Shown piece after piece: positions 45,182 to 54,094 of a stretch of 64,000 nt of DNA. Numbering within the stretch: position 1 is the stretch's first letter; each line of letters starts with the position of its first letter. Position numbers and translations under genes: made by a program. The notes beneath the pieces were generated by a model, which was not told the origin of the DNA, did no database searches, and was given only the letters and a program-made list of their open reading frames with translations. Location: the IMG/VR virus record IMGVR_UViG_3300003937_000325; one strand, given 5' to 3'. This DNA comes from a virus. Lineage: Duplodnaviria; Caudoviricetes.

Positions 45182-46888
45182 TTAACCTTCACATGCAACA
45201 CATTGTAAATCATTTAGATTTAACTTTTTCCTTGCAAATGCCTGTGCCGAATTCATAGAATGTTGGTAATATAAAGTTTTAACCCCCAACTTCCACGAGT
45301 CAATAAGTAATTTATTAACATCTTTAGTCGGCATCTCAGGTGATACCATTAAGTTTAGAGACTGTGATTGGTCAATAAAATCTTGTCTAATTGCCGCCTG
45401 ATTAATAATCGATGATTGGTTAATCTCAGCAAAAGTTCTAAAGACATCTTTTTGTTCGTCACTTAGGAAGTCTAAGTGTTGTACTGACCCATCAGCCTTT
45501 TTTATACTATCCCAAGTCTCTTTATTATCTCGACCCATAGTGTCTAATAATTCTTTCAACACTGGATTTTTTATAGTTACCTTCATCTTAGCAACATCCT
45601 TAACATAACAGTTAGACCAAATTGGTTCAATAGATTGTGATACCTGACCAAGAATAAATGCTGATGACGTAGTCGGAGCGACCGCATTAAGTGTTACGTT
45701 TCTTCTACCATAACCTTTTAGATATTCAGGTTCCCCAAATATTTCAGCTAACTCCTCGGATGCTTTATATGATTTATCTTTAATAGTTTTAAACACCTCA
45801 ACGTTAAGTTTAGCGGTTTCTCTGGTATCAAAAGCCAACCCTTTTGATTGTAATAATGAGTGCCAACCTAAAACACCTAAACCAAGAGCTCTTTGTCTTT
45901 TAGCGAAGTTATAAGCTTTTTCCATATAAAGAAACGCCATTTTACCTTCTCTAGTACCATTGTCTCTTAATTCCTCTAATTTATTACAATATTCAGTAAC
46001 TACTGCGTCTAAGAAATAAACCATAGTTTCAACAGCATCGGTATCTTTCCACTCATCGTAGTGTAACACATTCATTGAAGATAATACACAAACGAATGAT
46101 TCATCTTCAGAGTTATGTAGAGCTATCTCAGAACAAAGATTAGAGTTATAAATTTTAGCCCCTTTATCTTGGTAAACTTTAGGTGCATTATTATTCATCG
46201 TGTCATGAAACATAATATATGGGTAACCAATTTCACCTCTTCTTTGGATTACTTTTGCCCATATTTTTCTTTTCTCATCGTCACCTGCAATCATTTCTTC
46301 CATAAATTTATCAGTCACTGTAACTGCGTGTGTTAAATCTTGGATTGAAGCCCCTTCTGTACCAATCTCTAAGAACTCCATAATATCTGGATGTTCAACG
46401 GGTAAGTAAGGTGAGAAACGACCTCTTCTTGTCGCCCCTTGTGAAATATTATCAACAACACTCTGAAATAAGTTCATGAAGTGAACCGCACCAGGAGCAT
46501 GTCCATTGTCAGTTATCTTAGCTCCACGACCTCTAATGTTACCGAAGTACCCTGAGGTACCACCACCCATTTTACTCATTTCTCCAACTTCAGCTTGAGT
46601 AAATAATATTGATTCTATGTTATCGCTAACATTAGAACCAAAACAACTTACAGGTAAACCTCTAACTTTACCAAAATTTGCCCATACAGGTGATGATAAC
46701 GAATACCATCCTTTACTCATATAGTCGTAAAATTTTTCAGCAAACCCTTCTTTACCTAAAAGTTTTTCTGCATGTTGTGCAATTGTTTTTATTCTATCTA
46801 AAGGTTCTTCACCTTCACTTAAATAACCTCTACGAAGAAACGTTATTGATTCTTCATTAATCCAATTAAAAGGTTTTCTATTTTTCAT
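45182..46888 (-). CDS. nrdA: Ribonucleotide reductase class I alpha subunit, lacking an ATP-cone
   Basis: PVSCFG, SNLCSEI, APTTSS, KTLYY and C-terminal CVAC motifs. Confidence 0.92.
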   Translation of the reverse strand: MKNRKPFNWINEESITFLRRGYLSEGEEPLDRIKTIAQHAEKLLGKEGFAEKFYDYMSKGWYSLSSPVWANFGKVRGLPVSCFGSNVSDNIESILFTQAEVGEMSKMGGGTSGYFGNIRGRGAKITDNGHAPGAVHFMNLFQSVVDNISQGATRRGRFSPYLPVEHPDIMEFLEIGTEGASIQDLTHAVTVTDKFMEEMIAGDDEKRKIWAKVIQRRGEIGYPYIMFHDTMNNNAPKVYQDKGAKIYNSNLCSEIALHNSEDESFVCVLSSMNVLHYDEWKDTDAVETMVYFLDAVVTEYCNKLEELRDNGTREGKMAFLYMEKAYNFAKRQRALGLGVLGWHSLLQSKGLAFDTRETAKLNVEVFKTIKDKSYKASEELAEIFGEPEYLKGYGRRNVTLNAVAPTTSSAFILGQVSQSIEPIWSNCYVKDVAKMKVTIKNPVLKELLDTMGRDNKETWDSIKKADGSVQHLDFLSDEQKDVFRTFAEINQSSIINQAAIRQDFIDQSQSLNLMVSPEMPTKDVNKLLIDSWKLGVKTLYYQHSMNSAQAFARKKLNLNDLQCVACEG

Positions 46889-46918
46889 ATTATTGTTTTA
46901 TTATTGTTTTGTTTCTTT

Positions 46919-48199
46919 TTAAAATAAGTCGTTTGACGTTATTGATTTTTGTTTCTTACTATAGTTAATACTTCTTTTATTGAAAAAATCAGTATGTTTG
47001 GTCGTTAAAATCTCATCATCAAACCACTCTGTAGTTTCTAATAATGTATCATTAGTTTCGAATATACTGTCAACACCTATAGAATTCAAAGATACATTAA
47101 ATCTATATTTAATGAACTCCATTGTTTGTTTTTTAGTTAAGAAATCTAAATCACCTTTTTCAAAAATCCAATTAACCACTTCAGTCTCAGCCTCGTAAGC
47201 CTCTTTAGTTGCAATAATTAAATCTTCAACTAACTGAGGTGTCCACCATTCAGGGTTTTCTTTTTTAATTAAATTAACTAACTCAAACCCAAATTCAGCA
47301 TGAATATTTTCTTCTTTAGATGTCGCCTCAACCGCGTTACTAATACCCTTTAATTTGTTTTTATGTTTATTAAATGACATAATAACTAAAAATTGTGAGA
47401 ATAACGAAACGTTTTCAACAAACATCGAGAATAAAACTATAGACTCAAAATACTCTTTATCGTCAACTGATTTTGAATTTGAAATCGCTTTCTCTAAATA
47501 TTTAATTCTCCTTCTCACTTGTGGTACTTCTAATAAATTTTCAAATTCATTATTAAGACCTAATAGTTGTATTAAGTGTGAATATGCGTCTGCGTGTCTT
47601 ACTTCCGATTCCGCAAATGTCGCACCGACATTACCAATTTCAGGTTTTGGCATCCTCTTATAAATGTCACCCCAAAATGATTTAACTGCAACTTCAATTT
47701 GTGAAATTGCTAACATCGCTCTTTCAACTGCCGATTTTTCTTTTTCGTTTAAATGTACTTTGTAATCTTGGATATCTGACGTATAATTAAATTCAGTGTG
47801 TACCCAGTATGAATGTCTAATTGCGTCAACATACTCATTTAAATTAGGGTATTCGTAAGGTTTAAGATTAATTCTTTTTGAAAAGATGTTAGGTTGGTTC
47901 TTAGAACGATAAATAATGTATTCTTTGGCAACGTCATTTAAACCGTTATCCATTAACTTATTTTCAACCATATCATGAATTTCATCTACGTTAGGAATTC
48001 TTTCTTTATTACCTCTGAAAAGTCCTTTTGTTGTGAGTCTAGCAATTTTTTCAGCCATACCCTCATCAACTTTATCAATACTTTTCATGGCATTTAAAAT
48101 AGCCATTTCAATCTTTTCAGATTTAAAAACTACTTTATCTCCACTTCTCTTTATTACGTAACGAATGTCTTTTGAGACACTATCTATTAGATTGTCCAT
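46919..48199 (-). CDS. nrdB: Ribonucleotide reductase beta subunit with N-terminal ATP-cone (class Id-like)
   Basis: VIKRSG...IHDMVENKLM...AKEYIIYR ATP-cone; ferritin-like QIEVAVK, ESEVRHADAY and EENIH motifs. Confidence 0.92.
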   Translation of the reverse strand: MDNLIDSVSKDIRYVIKRSGDKVVFKSEKIEMAILNAMKSIDKVDEGMAEKIARLTTKGLFRGNKERIPNVDEIHDMVENKLMDNGLNDVAKEYIIYRSKNQPNIFSKRINLKPYEYPNLNEYVDAIRHSYWVHTEFNYTSDIQDYKVHLNEKEKSAVERAMLAISQIEVAVKSFWGDIYKRMPKPEIGNVGATFAESEVRHADAYSHLIQLLGLNNEFENLLEVPQVRRRIKYLEKAISNSKSVDDKEYFESIVLFSMFVENVSLFSQFLVIMSFNKHKNKLKGISNAVEATSKEENIHAEFGFELVNLIKKENPEWWTPQLVEDLIIATKEAYEAETEVVNWIFEKGDLDFLTKKQTMEFIKYRFNVSLNSIGVDSIFETNDTLLETTEWFDDEILTTKHTDFFNKRSINYSKKQKSITSNDLF

Positions 48200-48221
48200 T
48201 TACTATTGTTTTTAAAAAAAT

Positions 48222-49601
48222 TTATAATTTATTTTCCCTTTGTTTTCTTTTTTGTAGAAGTTCTTGAATACGTACTTTGTTCTTTTCTTCTTTTTGTTCT
48301 TCCATTCCTAAGAATGTTACACTACTGTCCGTATCAATTTCTATCATTTCGTTATCGAATTTACAATTTTCAAATACAATTCCATCTTTACCAATTCTTG
48401 ATTTAGTAATAGCAATTGTTGCTAAATTCATTTCTTTCTGTTGTAGGGATTTAGCAACAGAAATAATAACGTGACCTACTTGAGCTTTCTTAATTGAACC
48501 ACCCATTTGGTCCGTAGTAACTACTTCAGAAGATATTGACGAACGGTTACCTTGAGTGGCCGTCCATCCTGCTATATCTAATTCATGACACATAGATTCA
48601 AACCCTCTCATAACCGAACCTTCACTTTTCCATTCGTCCCCTAAATTTTTATCGGGAACGATACAATCAATATAATCAACTACAACTAAATCTATTTTAG
48701 TACCTTCCGCTATCATTTTACGTATCTGATTTTTTATTTGATTCATCGTTAACGTATCGGATGGTAACTTCTTTAGAACTAATCGATTAGATGCATTTTC
48801 TTTAATTTGTCTAACTTTTTCTAAAACTTCTTCCCTTTGTAGTGACAAATTATCAGGTGCAATTTTTGTCCACATAGTGAAATGTTTTCTTTGTATAATC
48901 TTAGGGTTGTCTTCGAAAAATATTTGTAAAACATTATAACCTAAGTTAAATGCGTTATTAGCTATTTTACTAAGTACTGTAGTTTTACCCACACCTGTCG
49001 GAGCTAAAATAACTCCAATTTCACCCTTCGCTAACCCACCTTTTAGTAGATTATCTATACCTGTTATTCCCATCGGAATCGGATGTCTAAAGTCATCATC
49101 CAAAACCTCATCTAAATTAAAAAAAACATCTGCAGTTCCCGTATCAACTTCTCCAACTTGTAAAGCTTCTCTTACCATTTCTTCTAAATGGTCATAAGAT
49201 TCAAAATCACCTTTATCGATAATCTTCTGTGCTTTAGTCATTACCTTCTGTAATTCTTGTTGTTTACAGAACTTTAACGCCTTTTCTTGAACGTATTGGT
49301 ATCCATCATCAGGTGCATCTACTACTTGAGTAATCATATCTAAGACCATTTTTTGGGCCATAGGTGACGTAACTTCTGATTTTGTAATTTGTTCAAGTGT
49401 TGAGAACGAAGGAGCGTGTTCGTACTTGTGATAATACTCCTTGGTCATCTGCATGATTAACTTAAAATATTGATTGTCAAAGTACTTAGGTTCCAACACA
49501 TCTACAATAGAACTTGCAAAATCCTTATGAAGGATAATATTGTTAAGTATTTGTAGTTGAAATGTATTACCGAGGTAACCAAAATTCTTTTCTTTTGACA
49601 T
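48222..49601 (-). CDS. Replicative DnaB/gp41-like DNA helicase
   Basis: APTGVGKTT Walker A, VVVDY Walker B, WTATQGNR. Confidence 0.88.
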   Translation of the reverse strand: MSKEKNFGYLGNTFQLQILNNIILHKDFASSIVDVLEPKYFDNQYFKLIMQMTKEYYHKYEHAPSFSTLEQITKSEVTSPMAQKMVLDMITQVVDAPDDGYQYVQEKALKFCKQQELQKVMTKAQKIIDKGDFESYDHLEEMVREALQVGEVDTGTADVFFNLDEVLDDDFRHPIPMGITGIDNLLKGGLAKGEIGVILAPTGVGKTTVLSKIANNAFNLGYNVLQIFFEDNPKIIQRKHFTMWTKIAPDNLSLQREEVLEKVRQIKENASNRLVLKKLPSDTLTMNQIKNQIRKMIAEGTKIDLVVVDYIDCIVPDKNLGDEWKSEGSVMRGFESMCHELDIAGWTATQGNRSSISSEVVTTDQMGGSIKKAQVGHVIISVAKSLQQKEMNLATIAITKSRIGKDGIVFENCKFDNEMIEIDTDSSVTFLGMEEQKEEKNKVRIQELLQKRKQRENKL

Positions 49602-49632
49602 ATTTTTTTGAGTTTTAATCTGTGTTTGTAAA

Positions 49633-50097
49633 TTATAAATATGGGTGAATTAGTGAATGCTCCATGTACTTGTAAGTTAAATTTTCACTTGAGAAAGTGT
49701 CAGTTAACTCGCGAAGTAACTTTTTTAGGTGTGGGCGTACATCCACAGTGTATCTAGTCTTAGGTGGGTATAATTTAGCGTCCCAAATTCTATGACAAAT
49801 TGTCTCATCTCCTATCTTAAGATAGATGTTAAAATACTCATCTCCTTCAGTATTTGATGTTTCTAAAATTTCAGGATTGACCATAATTTGACCCATATTT
49901 TCTGAAAGGTAGTTAGATGATTTGATTTTCAAATCTTCTTGGATTACTTCAGCAGCATTTCTGATTACCTCATAAAGTTCAACACTCCCTCTCGCCTTAG
50001 GATTGTACCCACGAACATTAAAGTACCTCTGTACAACAAAGTTGTTGTTTAGAGTCATTAAGAACTCTAATTTGGTTGTTTCTGTTTTTTCTTTCAT
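49633..50097 (-). CDS. Hypothetical protein (154 aa)
   Basis: ORF packed within the replication operon. Confidence 0.65.
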   Translation of the reverse strand: MKEKTETTKLEFLMTLNNNFVVQRYFNVRGYNPKARGSVELYEVIRNAAEVIQEDLKIKSSNYLSENMGQIMVNPEILETSNTEGDEYFNIYLKIGDETICHRIWDAKLYPPKTRYTVDVRPHLKKLLRELTDTFSSENLTYKYMEHSLIHPYL

Positions 50098-51110
50098 ATT
50101 AAACGTTTTTTAGTTTTAAATCTTCTTTTTTCTTTTCTTGTTAATTTCATAAAAGGGGTTAAAAATTCAACCCACGCGTTGTCATGTTTTGGTAGATACT
50201 TAAAAATTCCATCTTTCATCATCATTCTCATTAAGTTTTTATAACCTCTACCATCAGGGTCTAAATTTTCTGTATGGTACTGTTTAATTATTTCTTTTGA
50301 GTCTTCAGTTAATAATGGTTGAGACAAATCTACGAGTTTTTTATTTATTATAAAAAATTCTTCACCATAAATTCCTCTTTTAGTTTTACCTGAGAGTAAA
50401 TTTTGTAATGCTCGATTGTCTTTATCATTTTTATGTAGCTCCTCCGCACGTTTTAAAATATCATCAATAGTTACGACACTATCAACTATTTCGGGAAATA
50501 ACTTAACAAATGTTTTTTCTCCCATATAACGGATACCGTCAATATTATCGGATTTATCTCCCGATATAATCTTAAATGTTGATATGTTTTGGTGAGGGAT
50601 AGATATATCCTTTAAAGGGACTAAATCTCCATTTTTAAGGGTTATTCTCTTCATCGGTTGGTACACCTCCACTTTGTCCGATATAAGTTGTGTAAGGTCT
50701 TTATCTGAAGAATATATAGTCTTATACTCGTTTTCAGATATTTGACAGTAATAAGCAATTAAATCATCACTTTCAGTATTTTTAACAGAAACTTGTCTGA
50801 TAAACATTTCTTCAAGATAAGCTTTAACTTGTTGTACTTGCCACTCAAATGATTCTTTTTTAGCCTCATTTAAAGTTTGCTTACGATTACCCTTATAGTC
50901 TGGTGAAATAAGTTTTCTTTGGGATGAGTTATTCTCCCCATCCCAAAACACAATTACTTTATCATGATTGTGTTCATTAAGAAACTTTTTGATTGTATTG
51001 ACAAAATGATAGATACCTCCAATATGTTTACCCCCATGATAGAAATCTCTAACTCCATGAAAACCTATTTTAAATAAATTATTTCCGTCAATTAATAATG
51101 TTTTAACCAC
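50094..51110 (-). CDS. 5'-3' exonuclease (PolI N-terminal/T4 RNase H-like flap nuclease)
   Basis: LLIDGNNL, ESDDLIA, SSDKDLTQL, GDKSDNIDGI. Confidence 0.88.
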   Translation of the reverse strand: MVKTLLIDGNNLFKIGFHGVRDFYHGGKHIGGIYHFVNTIKKFLNEHNHDKVIVFWDGENNSSQRKLISPDYKGNRKQTLNEAKKESFEWQVQQVKAYLEEMFIRQVSVKNTESDDLIAYYCQISENEYKTIYSSDKDLTQLISDKVEVYQPMKRITLKNGDLVPLKDISIPHQNISTFKIISGDKSDNIDGIRYMGEKTFVKLFPEIVDSVVTIDDILKRAEELHKNDKDNRALQNLLSGKTKRGIYGEEFFIINKKLVDLSQPLLTEDSKEIIKQYHTENLDPDGRGYKNLMRMMMKDGIFKYLPKHDNAWVEFLTPFMKLTRKEKRRFKTKKRLI

Positions 51111-51128
51111 TTTTTATGCGTTAAATTG

Positions 51129-52133
51129 TTACACTTCCTGTTTTTCTTCTTCTAACTTAAAGTCACCTTCTACTCCAATGACTTCTTTCCAATACTCAGA
51201 TTGTTCACCTTTGTATTTTTCAATTGATTTTTTTTCTTCACTACTTTCCTTACCTGCTAAGAATCCGTGTGGGGTTACAATTATTTTCCCATCAGCATAT
51301 CCTAATCCATTAATGTGATTTTTCATTACTGATATTTTTGTTCTTGAAGCGAACTTTACTTTTCTTTTGTTCTTAACCGCAGATATAGTTGTTGTCCCAG
51401 CATTTTTTTGATTACCAAATAAAAACACCAAAGACGAGTTTAACCATATTGATTCTCCACCTTTAGCCTTAATTTTGGGTTGACCAAATGGTGAGTCAGG
51501 TAAAGCCACCCACGGTTGATTAACTATTAGTAAAGTATTTTCATACTTAGAATCTGCCTTACGTGAACCCGATATCCTTTGGTTGATACCCATACCTATT
51601 TTATCCGCTAATGTGGATGCATTATGTTGTTTACCTCCTTTACCATCAAAAGTCATCTTACATGGTACCGAACCTACTGAATCCCATAAGAAAAGTAAAT
51701 CATACTCTAATTCACCCTTATTTTGTGCATCCAATAATTCATTGATGTAGTCAGTTATTTGCTCAATATAATTAAAATTATTATTAAAAATAAAGAACCC
51801 GTCCCAATCTAATTCACCCGTTTCTTCATCCACAACTTCTTCACATTCAAACCCCATTAACTTAGCGTGTTCAAATGACCATTTTTGTTCGGTAATTATA
51901 AACACAGGTAAAATACCTTTTTTTTGTGCGTCAACCGCCGCCTTTACTAAAGCTGTTGTTTTACCCGTATCTGAATGACCTAAAAACATATTTAAATGAC
52001 CAATTGCGGGGCCAGGTAATCCAACCGCGTCTAAGAAATCTTCACCCAAATCTAAAAACCTTTGTGGTTTGTATTTTGCAGATGTAGAAAATTTCTTCTT
52101 TATACTACTAAAATCTTTTTTCTTTATTGCCAT
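51129..52133 (-). CDS. RecA/UvsX-like recombinase
   Basis: GHSDTGKTT Walker A, WDSVGS, VNQPW, KGGE. Confidence 0.85.
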   Translation of the reverse strand: MAIKKKDFSSIKKKFSTSAKYKPQRFLDLGEDFLDAVGLPGPAIGHLNMFLGHSDTGKTTALVKAAVDAQKKGILPVFIITEQKWSFEHAKLMGFECEEVVDEETGELDWDGFFIFNNNFNYIEQITDYINELLDAQNKGELEYDLLFLWDSVGSVPCKMTFDGKGGKQHNASTLADKIGMGINQRISGSRKADSKYENTLLIVNQPWVALPDSPFGQPKIKAKGGESIWLNSSLVFLFGNQKNAGTTTISAVKNKRKVKFASRTKISVMKNHINGLGYADGKIIVTPHGFLAGKESSEEKKSIEKYKGEQSEYWKEVIGVEGDFKLEEEKQEV

Positions 52134-52145
52134 ATTTTTTAATTT

Positions 52146-52181
52146 GATAAAGGTGGTAACGACATCACTGTCGTCACCACC
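52146..52181 (-). terminator. Strong 13-bp hairpin with GNRA (GUGA) loop after the SSB gene
   Basis: GGTGGTGACGACA-GTGA-TGTCGTTACCACC-TTTATC; includes a G-U pair that is only valid on the minus-strand RNA. Confidence 0.7.
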
Positions 52182-52197
52182 ATCATGTTAGTTGTTA

Positions 52198-53058
52198 TTA
52201 AAATGGTAAGTCTGTGTCCACACCCATTTTTGATTGTGGGTCAGTTGTTTCCTCAGTTTTAGTCGATTCGTTTGAACCACCTAACACTACTTCAGAAGAG
52301 TCGTCACCATAAACATATTTCTTTAAGTCAGAACTCCAAACAGGTGTCTCACCTCTTGCAATCGCCTCTAAGTACTCCACAGGTTTCTGTGCGTAAACAT
52401 CTTGCCATGTTAACTCATTAGTCATCCACTCATCCATTTGAGACTTTTCTGAGTGTATCGGACATGGGTCGTCATACATAACTGTCTGTACAACAGTGTA
52501 CTCAATACCTTTAGGTGTTTTAGCCTTTGATAATTCAACCATTAAATCACGTCCTTCATTCGCGTCGGTAACATCTCCCTTAGCTTTCCATATTGGAATG
52601 ATTTTATCTAAGATACCTTCTTGTTTGTAGTTATCTTTAAATCTCCAAAATTTAGGTCCGTGGTCTTCATTATCTCTATCAATAAGTTTTACAATATAGA
52701 ATTTACGTGGACGGTATTGTCTCGCCAAATCCTTGTCAGATTCCTTACCTGTTGAGATTAGTTCTTCGTAAACCTCTGTAAGAGGTGAACGTTCTCCGTC
52801 ATTCTTTCCTGGGTCATATAGTTTTGTCCATTTACCATCAATCTGTACTTCGTGGTACCACACTTCTTTAAAAGGTGATGACCCGTCAGGTGTTGGTAAG
52901 ATACGCACTCTTTTTTGTCCCGAACTTGTACCTTTTGGTAAATAAGTCGTGAAATAACGTTTTAGTCTATCTTCTTGAGAGATAGATTGTTTTCCATTGT
53001 TTGATTTTGAAGTATTCTTCTCGTACTGAGCTAATACTGCGTCTAATGCATTTGCCAT
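52198..53058 (-). CDS. T4 gp32-like single-stranded DNA-binding protein
   Basis: RVRILPTPDGSSPFKEVWYH, KFYIVKLIDRD, GRDL; C-terminal DLPF; next to the recombinase. Confidence 0.7.
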   Translation of the reverse strand: MANALDAVLAQYEKNTSKSNNGKQSISQEDRLKRYFTTYLPKGTSSGQKRVRILPTPDGSSPFKEVWYHEVQIDGKWTKLYDPGKNDGERSPLTEVYEELISTGKESDKDLARQYRPRKFYIVKLIDRDNEDHGPKFWRFKDNYKQEGILDKIIPIWKAKGDVTDANEGRDLMVELSKAKTPKGIEYTVVQTVMYDDPCPIHSEKSQMDEWMTNELTWQDVYAQKPVEYLEAIARGETPVWSSDLKKYVYGDDSSEVVLGGSNESTKTEETTDPQSKMGVDTDLPF

Positions 53059-53137
53059 AATTTTTCTTTTTTCTCTGTTATTATTTATTTATCGTTTACT
53101 CAATTATAATATAACAAAGAAAGTCATTAAGTCAAAT

Positions 53138-53164
53138 AAAAAAAGACCATCGAAATGGTCTTTT
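53138..53164 (-). terminator. Intrinsic terminator, possibly bidirectional
   Basis: AAAAGACCAT-TTCG-ATGGTCTTTTTTT. Confidence 0.8.
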
Positions 53165-53194
53165 AGTGTTTTTATAAAAATTATATAAGGGGTG

Positions 53195-53812
53195 TTAATA
53201 TTCGTTTTCTAATGGTGCGTCAAATGAGTCTTTAATATCTCTATCAGTATAATTTTCAACTTCATCAGATGTTAAAACATACTCATTTTTACCCGTTTTT
53301 TCCATATCAGGACCTTTGTCCATAAAGAAATCAGTTAACTTTTGATTGTATGGATAACTATCTAAACTTCTTAATTGTAATTTTTCTTCGGGAGATTTTT
53401 GACGATACTTATCTACCTTATCTTCTAAATTATTAATTTTAACTAATATTTTGTCCATATCAGATAATTTAGAAGTTAGGTCATTTAACCTATCCATCAT
53501 ACTATCCATATATTCTTCTTGTTTGGTGGACATATCTTTTTGAGTAGTTACTAAGTCAGTAATATCTAACTCTTCAGTTCCACTTTCTTCATCACTTAAT
53601 TCAGATGTTGGCTCACCCACAACTTCTACTTCAGGGTCAGATTCAACATCGACAGGTTGTACATCATCAATATCAAGTTCAGAACCATCTAACTCAATAT
53701 CTTCACCACCACCTTCGATTGGTTCAGGTAAATCAGTTTCTTGCTCACTAATATATTTGTTAATATTATTATATTTAGTTATCTCTTCTAATATTTTCTT
53801 ATCTACAGACAT
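53195..53812 (-). CDS. Acidic hypothetical protein with coiled coil (205 aa)
   Basis: E/D-rich N-terminal half; heptad region MMDRLNDLTSKLSDMDKIL. Confidence 0.7.
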   Translation of the reverse strand: MSVDKKILEEITKYNNINKYISEQETDLPEPIEGGGEDIELDGSELDIDDVQPVDVESDPEVEVVGEPTSELSDEESGTEELDITDLVTTQKDMSTKQEEYMDSMMDRLNDLTSKLSDMDKILVKINNLEDKVDKYRQKSPEEKLQLRSLDSYPYNQKLTDFFMDKGPDMEKTGKNEYVLTSDEVENYTDRDIKDSFDAPLENEY

Positions 53813-53825
53813 TTTGTATTTTTTT

Positions 53826-54050
53826 TTAACCGTTCAAGAGTGTTTTTACCCCGTGAGGTGTTTCAACTCTTAAAGTCCTATTTAGTTTCATAGAATTATC
53901 AACTCTTTCTATAAGGCCATCTCTCATTCTTACGGTATAACAATCTCCAGTATCTAAATCACAAACTTCTTTGTAACCATTACCCGTATTTTTTTCAGTT
54001 ATTCTAGTGTCTTTTGACAAAAACTGGTCTAATAATGCTTTAGTATCCAT
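53826..54050 (-). CDS. Small hypothetical protein (74 aa)
   Basis: TATTTATA motif at 54062-54069 upstream; A-rich start context. Confidence 0.7.
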   Translation of the reverse strand: MDTKALLDQFLSKDTRITEKNTGNGYKEVCDLDTGDCYTVRMRDGLIERVDNSMKLNRTLRVETPHGVKTLLNG

Positions 54051-54094
54051 AATCTTTTATTTATAAATATACGATAAATGCCCTTTTTCTTAAA

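Noticed and set aside
45182-52133. Inteins or introns in nrdA, nrdB, helicase or recombinase
   Set aside because: The ORFs have normal lengths and contiguous motifs, with no Hint or homing endonuclease insertions visible.
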